Positions 58,505-64,000 of a stretch of DNA of 64,000 nt are shown here, piece by piece. Source of the DNA: Bacteroidota bacterium (GTDB lineage Bacteria > Bacteroidota > Ignavibacteria > Kapaibacteriales > UBA2268). The notes beneath the pieces are model-generated. The model did no database searches, was not told the origin of the DNA, and worked only from the letters and a program-made list of their open reading frames with translations. The stretch spans positions 450,697 to 514,696 of the forward strand of contig SCSM01000011.1 of NCBI GenBank assembly GCA_004322215.1, read 5' to 3'. The position numbers and the translations under genes are program-made. The stretch's first letter is position 1, and the number at the start of each line of letters is the position of its first letter.

Positions 58505-59263
58505 TTAAATTAACTCTACAGACTCAGAAGGTAGCCAGCCGATGTTCCCATTGGCGAGCTTGATTTTCCTCCATTTTCCTACGGCATCAAGTATGTTTAC
58601 CTTTGTTCCTTCGTGCAGAATGAACAAATCTTTACCATCTTCGTCAGGTGAGCTTTTAATATACACAGTCGGTTCAAAAACAATTGCTGCATTCCTGGAA
58701 TTTTCAATTCCACTCTGCTGAATTGAAAATATTAATGACATTATTGTTATAAATACCGCAATCACCAAGGTGCCAAATAATATTTTTTTTATAAAAGTTG
58801 ATTCAAATAGTATGAATAAGCCGAGAGAAATAAATACAATCCACAAAGAAACAATCATAATTACCGCCCAATTACCGGATGTAAAAATATTTCTGATGGC
58901 ATCATACCACTGAACCAGGAAGAATTTTGGAACCGGTTCAATTTTATCAATAATTCTCAGGTTCGCAACATTCAGATTCACAATTACATCTTCATCGTCG
59001 GGAGATAATCTCAATGCCCTCTCATAATTGATTATTGCATTTGGAATCTTATTCATCCTGAAATATGCATTTCCCAGATTATAATAAAGTTCTGCATTTT
59101 CATAACCGTTATTGATTATCTTTTCATAATTCAATGCGGCTCTTGAATAATAGCCGTTCTGATATAGCATATTTCCTTTTTTAAAAGTTTCGATTGCTTC
59201 ATTTGCAAATAATGATGATGTTAAAACAATAAACAAAATCAAAAATGACAATTTATTTCTCAT
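58505..59263 (-). CDS. batE: BatE: TPR plus SH3 membrane protein
   Basis: YYNLGNAYFR, YERAL.L.P, TM pair, LHEGTKV...GWL SH3; last gene of the Bat cluster. Confidence 0.88.
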   Translation of the reverse strand: MRNKLSFLILFIVLTSSLFANEAIETFKKGNMLYQNGYYSRAALNYEKIINNGYENAELYYNLGNAYFRMNKIPNAIINYERALRLSPDDEDVIVNLNVANLRIIDKIEPVPKFFLVQWYDAIRNIFTSGNWAVIMIVSLWIVFISLGLFILFESTFIKKILFGTLVIAVFITIMSLIFSIQQSGIENSRNAAIVFEPTVYIKSSPDEDGKDLFILHEGTKVNILDAVGKWRKIKLANGNIGWLPSESVELI

Positions 59264-61095
59264 CTCAACACTCCCTCTAATTCTGTTATTACATTTACTG
59301 CATCATCATATATATTTTGTTTGCTCACATCGTTGGATGAACGTGCAAACCGTGCAAACTCGCAGTAATCTATCGTTGACATACACTGATTTATTTTATT
59401 TTCGGCTACATTTCTATTAGCCATCGAATGGGAGGCACTGTCCTTGTTCAATTCGGATATCGGGATAGTAAGTTTATCGCTCAGATAACCCCAAAGTGCG
59501 TGTGATACTTCCTCGTAAAATTTATCTTCATTCGAATCAGTAATCAGGATTTTAGCTGTCTGCAATCTTTTTCTTGCCATTTTCGTTGCTCTTTTATTTT
59601 TAAGTAATGCCTGGTTACCTTCCAATTTCTGCTGTCTTTTTAAATAAACAAAAAACAAAAAGAAGAGAACCATCGGCGTAAAAGTCAGCAAATAAAATCC
59701 TCCGGAGCCCAGAAAATGACTGTTATTTTTAGCCAAAGCGCCTGATAAAGTTTTTATAAACCTTATATCTTTGCCGATATACTTTATATCCTCTTTCCTG
59801 ACACCGGTAACAGATTGATATGCTTCCTCACCTGTCCCCTGCTCTACCTGCAAAATAAATTCCTGAGAAGATAAAGTTTTGTATTGCTTTGAACTCAAAT
59901 CAAAATATGAAAATCCAACCGGCTCAATTTTATACTCACCTGCATGCCTTGGAATGAGAAGATATTCAAATGTTCTGCTCCCCGACACACCCGAACCTGA
60001 CACTGAAATGTTATCATTAACCTTCGGGTCATAAGTCTCGACATCAGGAGGCAGTTTTAAGTCGAATGGTTCAATCAGCTTTAAATTTCCATTTCCGGAA
60101 ATCTGAATTTTCAGATTAACCGGCTCATTTGTTTTTGTCTTCGGTTTATCTATCCATGCCTTCATAGAAAGATTACCGACTCCACCGTTGAAATCGGCAG
60201 GTGCCCCCGGAGGTAATGGTTTTACATTTATATTTACAGCACCCGAACTTGCATTATATTTAAAATCCTGGTATTGAGGTCCGAATGAAAAGAAATCATC
60301 AAAAATGCTTCTTCTTCTTTTTTGTTGGTTTTGTACTACCAACCTGCATACAGTCTCAAAAATGAATGGTTCTATCGTCAGCTTACCGGTTTGCTGGGGT
60401 ATTAAAACTACCTTTTTTACTACTGCAGCGTTGAATGGAACACCATTTACATTTTCAGTATGAAATTGAAGCTTTCCTATATCAATATCCTGTGTCCAAA
60501 AGCCGGTAAAAGTTGGGGCATTTTGAGAAGGCACTAACTGAACCAGCCGTAATTCGGGATGTACATACAAAACATAAGTCGCAATAATCTGCTCACCCTG
60601 GTAAACTTCTTTTTTACTGACATTCAATCTCAAAAAAAGATTTTTAGCAATTACATCATTTGCCTGCTGATTTAAATTTCCCTGGGATTGATTCTGCTTT
60701 TGTCCCTGGTTCTGTTGTTGGGCATTACCCTTAGTAACAGTAATATTAATAGGATTCGTTTTTAATGTCTTTCCGTCGGCATCAATTGTGGCTGAGCCGA
60801 TTTGATAATTGCCTTCGGCATCTGCCTGCAGGACATAAGTATATGACAGACTTCTCGACATCTGTCCGTTGACAAAGCTCATCTGTTGTGATGTGCTTGG
60901 TCCCATTAATACAGTGAATCCTTTAAATCCGGGTGCCCGGAAATTGCTCCCGTTCAAATTCGATAATGTGAAAGTCACCTGGATTTGTTCGCCAACAAGT
61001 ACCGGATTCCTATCCACAGAGGCAGTGAATTGACCGTATGCTAAGATTTGTAATAATAGAATTCCGTTAATAACAAAAAAATAAAATCCCTTCAT
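59260..61095 (-). CDS. batD: BatD protein
   Basis: Signal peptide, GPS.S, VYQGEQ, GFW, VKPLP, G.GNL, YLLIPR, WGYLSDKL, EFARFA. Start placed at 61095. Confidence 0.9.
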   Translation of the reverse strand: MKGFYFFVINGILLLQILAYGQFTASVDRNPVLVGEQIQVTFTLSNLNGSNFRAPGFKGFTVLMGPSTSQQMSFVNGQMSRSLSYTYVLQADAEGNYQIGSATIDADGKTLKTNPINITVTKGNAQQQNQGQKQNQSQGNLNQQANDVIAKNLFLRLNVSKKEVYQGEQIIATYVLYVHPELRLVQLVPSQNAPTFTGFWTQDIDIGKLQFHTENVNGVPFNAAVVKKVVLIPQQTGKLTIEPFIFETVCRLVVQNQQKRRRSIFDDFFSFGPQYQDFKYNASSGAVNINVKPLPPGAPADFNGGVGNLSMKAWIDKPKTKTNEPVNLKIQISGNGNLKLIEPFDLKLPPDVETYDPKVNDNISVSGSGVSGSRTFEYLLIPRHAGEYKIEPVGFSYFDLSSKQYKTLSSQEFILQVEQGTGEEAYQSVTGVRKEDIKYIGKDIRFIKTLSGALAKNNSHFLGSGGFYLLTFTPMVLFFLFFVYLKRQQKLEGNQALLKNKRATKMARKRLQTAKILITDSNEDKFYEEVSHALWGYLSDKLTIPISELNKDSASHSMANRNVAENKINQCMSTIDYCEFARFARSSNDVSKQNIYDDAVNVITELEGVLR

Positions 61096-61126
61096 ATTAA
61101 ATTTATGTTGATGTTCCAAATTTATT

Positions 61127-61849
61127 TCACCATGGTTTGGTTGTTTTAACTCTGCCAGTACCGACCTGTTTATTTAATTTTTTCTGCAAATTTTTTTCTT
61201 CATTTGCAAGTGCCTGGAGCATTCTTTGAGCGTCCTGCTTCGAAATCTTCGGTTGTTGTTGCTTCTGCTTATCTTTATCGTTTTGGTTCTGCTGTTGCTG
61301 CTGTTGCTGATTTTGCTTGTTTTTATCCTTATCGTCTTTTTTATCCTGGTTTTGTTTTTGCTGCTGATTCTGCTGCTGCTGATTTTGATTCTGTTGATTT
61401 TGTTTTTGTTGCTGTTGCTGCTGCTGTTGTTGAATCAACATCCTTCGTGCATATTCCAGATTGTATTTGGTATCCAAATCTTCGGGTTCGTTTCTAAGTG
61501 AATTTTTATATGCCTCTATACTCTCGGCATATTTTTTATCTTTCAAAAGTGAATTTCCGAGGTTATGATAAGCCATAGACCTCGTTTCTTTATCAATTTT
61601 ACTGTTAGTCAAATCGTTGAACTTTTCCGCTGCCTTATCGAATTTTTCCTGTTTGTATAATGCATCGCCGATGTTGAACACCGACTTCTCGGAATTTTTC
61701 TTCTTGTCGAGCGATTTCAAATAATTTATTTCAGCATCGCTGTATTTCTTTTGTTCGTAAAGTTTATTCCCTTTACGCAAATAATCCTTATATGATTGTG
61801 CGGAACATAATATCGGAAATAAAATTAATAATATTATAAATTTTTTCAT
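61127..61849 (-). CDS. batC: BatC: TPR protein with Gln-rich linker
   Basis: GNKLY, FNIGDALYKQ, YHNLGNS, KYNL, poly-Q linker, AQRMLQAL, C-terminal KPW. Confidence 0.9.
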   Translation of the reverse strand: MKKFIILLILFPILCSAQSYKDYLRKGNKLYEQKKYSDAEINYLKSLDKKKNSEKSVFNIGDALYKQEKFDKAAEKFNDLTNSKIDKETRSMAYHNLGNSLLKDKKYAESIEAYKNSLRNEPEDLDTKYNLEYARRMLIQQQQQQQQQKQNQQNQNQQQQNQQQKQNQDKKDDKDKNKQNQQQQQQQNQNDKDKQKQQQPKISKQDAQRMLQALANEEKNLQKKLNKQVGTGRVKTTKPW

Positions 61850-62886
61850 TATTTCCTTTCACCAAATAAGTTCAAAGACTCAATTAATTTATTTTTCCTT
61901 TCGGAAATAAAAATATCTGCAATCAAAATTACCATTGCCAGTCCGAACAGGTACTGGAAATAATCAACATAGTCAGTAAAAAGCTGTGCCTTATATTCTT
62001 TCTTTTCCATTCCTGCAATTTCGTCCAGTAATGATGCGAGGTCCGGGTCATCTCCTGTCGAACGTACGAATTTACCGTTACCTTCCGATGCAATCTGCTC
62101 GAGCATTCCTGCATCGAGCTTAGTAACAACCGTATTACCTTCATCATCGGTCATAAAACTCACTCTTTGATTGCCGGAATAAATCGGAATCGGAGCCCCA
62201 TTGACCGAACCCATACCGATAGTGTATATCACAATTCCTGTCTTTGCCGCTTCGCCAGCCATCGAAACAGCATCGTCTTCGTGGTTCTCTCCATCTGTTA
62301 TTATTATTAATGCCTTGTATTTCTTTTCTTCCTGCTTGAATGATTTCATCGAAAGTTCTATTGCCTTGCCGATAGCAGTCCCCTGGTTATAGACAAGGTC
62401 GCAATCGACAGTACTCAGAAATAGTTTTGCCGCAGAATAATCTGTAGTTAATGGAAGTTGTATAAAAGCATCTCCAGCAAAAACAATCAAACCGATTCTG
62501 TCATTATACATTTTATCAATCAGTTTAGAAACATATTGCTTGGCTCTTTCGAGTCGGTTCGGCTTTATATCTTCTGCTTTCATGCTGTTCGACACATCTA
62601 TCGCAATAATAACATCCACACCTTCTCTTTTGAAATTTTCCAGTTTTGTCCCGATTTGCGGATTTGCAATCCCAAGAATTATTAAAGCGAGTCCGGCTAA
62701 TAATAATGATGCTTTAATAACACTTTTATATTTTGATACATCAGGCATAAGTATATTCAAAAGGTTTACATCACCATATTTCTGTATAAGTTTCTTTCTG
62801 TAATTTCTCAATAGAAAATATAGTAATGCAAATGCCGGTACAAGTACGAGCATATATAAGAAGATTCCATTTTCAAACCGAAACAT
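61849..62886 (-). CDS. batB: BatB: VWA-domain membrane protein
   Basis: MFRFE, ANPQIG, DVSNSM MIDAS, PNRL, PLTTD, ITDGENHE, VVTKLD. Confidence 0.9.
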   Translation of the reverse strand: MFRFENGIFLYMLVLVPAFALLYFLLRNYRKKLIQKYGDVNLLNILMPDVSKYKSVIKASLLLAGLALIILGIANPQIGTKLENFKREGVDVIIAIDVSNSMKAEDIKPNRLERAKQYVSKLIDKMYNDRIGLIVFAGDAFIQLPLTTDYSAAKLFLSTVDCDLVYNQGTAIGKAIELSMKSFKQEEKKYKALIIITDGENHEDDAVSMAGEAAKTGIVIYTIGMGSVNGAPIPIYSGNQRVSFMTDDEGNTVVTKLDAGMLEQIASEGNGKFVRSTGDDPDLASLLDEIAGMEKKEYKAQLFTDYVDYFQYLFGLAMVILIADIFISERKNKLIESLNLFGERK

Positions 62887-63053
62887 TCAACAACCACTTA
62901 AAGTTAGTAATTATTACAAAATTCTTAAAATATGAAAAAAGTAGACGAAAAAATTAAAAATTGAGTATAATTCCTTTTTATATTTTTTTGATATTAATTC
63001 GAGTAATTGATTTGTTATTATTTAAGACCATTTAATTGTTTATAATATTGATT

Positions 63054-64000
63054 CTATCTCACCACCTCAAATGGTTCAATTATCTTTTTGAATTCTGTAG
63101 TAAATTTTAGGTAATATCTTCCCTGGCTCAGGGTTTGAACCGGTATGAATTCCGTATAAAAGCCGGCTGAAAAGTATTTTGTGGGAACCGGCTCTTCAAT
63201 AATTTTACCTTGTATGTCAATAACCTCAATCTTTATATATGAACTGTTTGTTAGTCCGAAATCCATTCTCATTGTTTTTTCAGCAGGATTAGGATATAAT
63301 ATATAAAGTGTATCATTTTGAGGAAGCCGGTTAAATGTACTATCGGCAAAATGTAATGATATTGCTTTTTCCCTTGATGCCTGAGCGGTATTTTCTAATT
63401 CAACTAATGAATTCCCCGCAAACAAACTGAATGTTACACGAGTAGTATCACCTTTCATCAATTTAATCGGACCTGCACCGATAACCATTGAAGCATCCGT
63501 TATACTCGAATATTTCCTGGAAATCCCGCTGCTCATGGTTGCCCATTTTTCATTTCTGGTGAATCCGTCCCAAATGCCTATATTACTTCCTCCATTATCA
63601 ATAGCATAAAAATTAAGTTTATGAGTTGAAAGTAAAGAAACTCCAGCCAGTGGATAGCTATTATCTCTTGCATTCATTGCATAACCGAATACCTGCTGAT
63701 TATCATAAGATATATAGTTGTTAGTTCCTGATGGTCCTATGTCCCAATCTAAAAATAAAGCAGCAAAAAGGGAATCCGTATCATATCCTGAAGTATTTAT
63801 AATATCGTAAATGACATATATAAAATTTTTACTGCCACTGTCGTTGTATTGATATACCTTCTGATTTACTGTTACACCGGCATCATAAATTGAGTTTAAA
63901 TCATAAAAATCTGAAAATCCCTCCTGCAAGGAATCTCCGTATTTATATATATTGAAAATATCATCCGATTTAAATGATACATCCTTTTCATATTGAAACA
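63054..64000 (-). CDS. C-terminal part of a T9SS-secreted protein (partial, runs off window end)
   Basis: Frame stays open to 64000 (FQYEKDVSFKSDD...); LFLDWDIG, GAGP, CTD LYPNPA...DIQGK...GRYY. The N-terminal domain lies outside the window. Confidence 0.75.
   Translation of the reverse strand, partial: FQYEKDVSFKSDDIFNIYKYGDSLQEGFSDFYDLNSIYDAGVTVNQKVYQYNDSGSKNFIYVIYDIINTSGYDTDSLFAALFLDWDIGPSGTNNYISYDNQQVFGYAMNARDNSYPLAGVSLLSTHKLNFYAIDNGGSNIGIWDGFTRNEKWATMSSGISRKYSSITDASMVIGAGPIKLMKGDTTRVTFSLFAGNSLVELENTAQASREKAISLHFADSTFNRLPQNDTLYILYPNPAEKTMRMDFGLTNSSYIKIEVIDIQGKIIEEPVPTKYFSAGFYTEFIPVQTLSQGRYYLKFTTEFKKIIEPFEVVR

Noticed and set aside
61250..61435. CAG/CAA-rich repeat tract as a contingency locus
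   Set aside because: It encodes the Gln-rich linker normal for BatC, with mixed codons rather than a pure microsatellite.
1228..62803. Numerous 60-200 aa ORFs antisense or out of frame to well-supported genes (e.g. 1228..1755, 3418..4017, 14510..14875, 40392..40850, 61204..61501)
   Set aside because: Shadow ORFs with Ser/Phe/Leu-rich composition typical of reverse-strand codon bias; no motifs or ribosome-binding sites.

Overview
AT-rich (roughly one-third GC by eye), mostly housekeeping bacterial chromosome segment. It most likely comes from a Bacteroidota-sensu-lato organism of the Ignavibacteria/Kapabacteria type. That is an inference from T9SS C-terminal sorting domains, a Bat operon, TAnnTTTG -7 promoter elements and frequent Shine-Dalgarno sites. 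Core content: lolE-like permease, rnpB (RNase P RNA), Nif3 plus zinc-ribbon genes, gcdH, nusA-infB-rbfA-truB-ribF-rpsO-pnp (no rimP), trxB, gap-pgk, tRNA-Asn(GTT), recO-CNNM-trmH, plsY-gpsA, pdxJ, asnB, kbl-tdh and batB-E. Accessory or unusual content: a putative type II R-M pair inserted after pnp; a PDZ/multi-TM/GAF/PP2C membrane phosphatase behind a sigmaW-like ECF promoter motif; two paralogous uncharacterised outer-membrane proteins; a clpB that lacks its whole N-domain/NBD1 half, with the break beside REP-like palindromes that bracket a T9SS cargo gene; three distinct REP-like repeat types, one matching the P3 helix of the RNase P RNA; a triple 14-bp operator-like array; a CASTOR/POLLUX-like channel; and a divergent secreted PNGase F homolog. 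GATC appears strongly depleted. No CRISPR array, integrase or transposase was seen. All calls come from motif recognition by eye; no searches were run.
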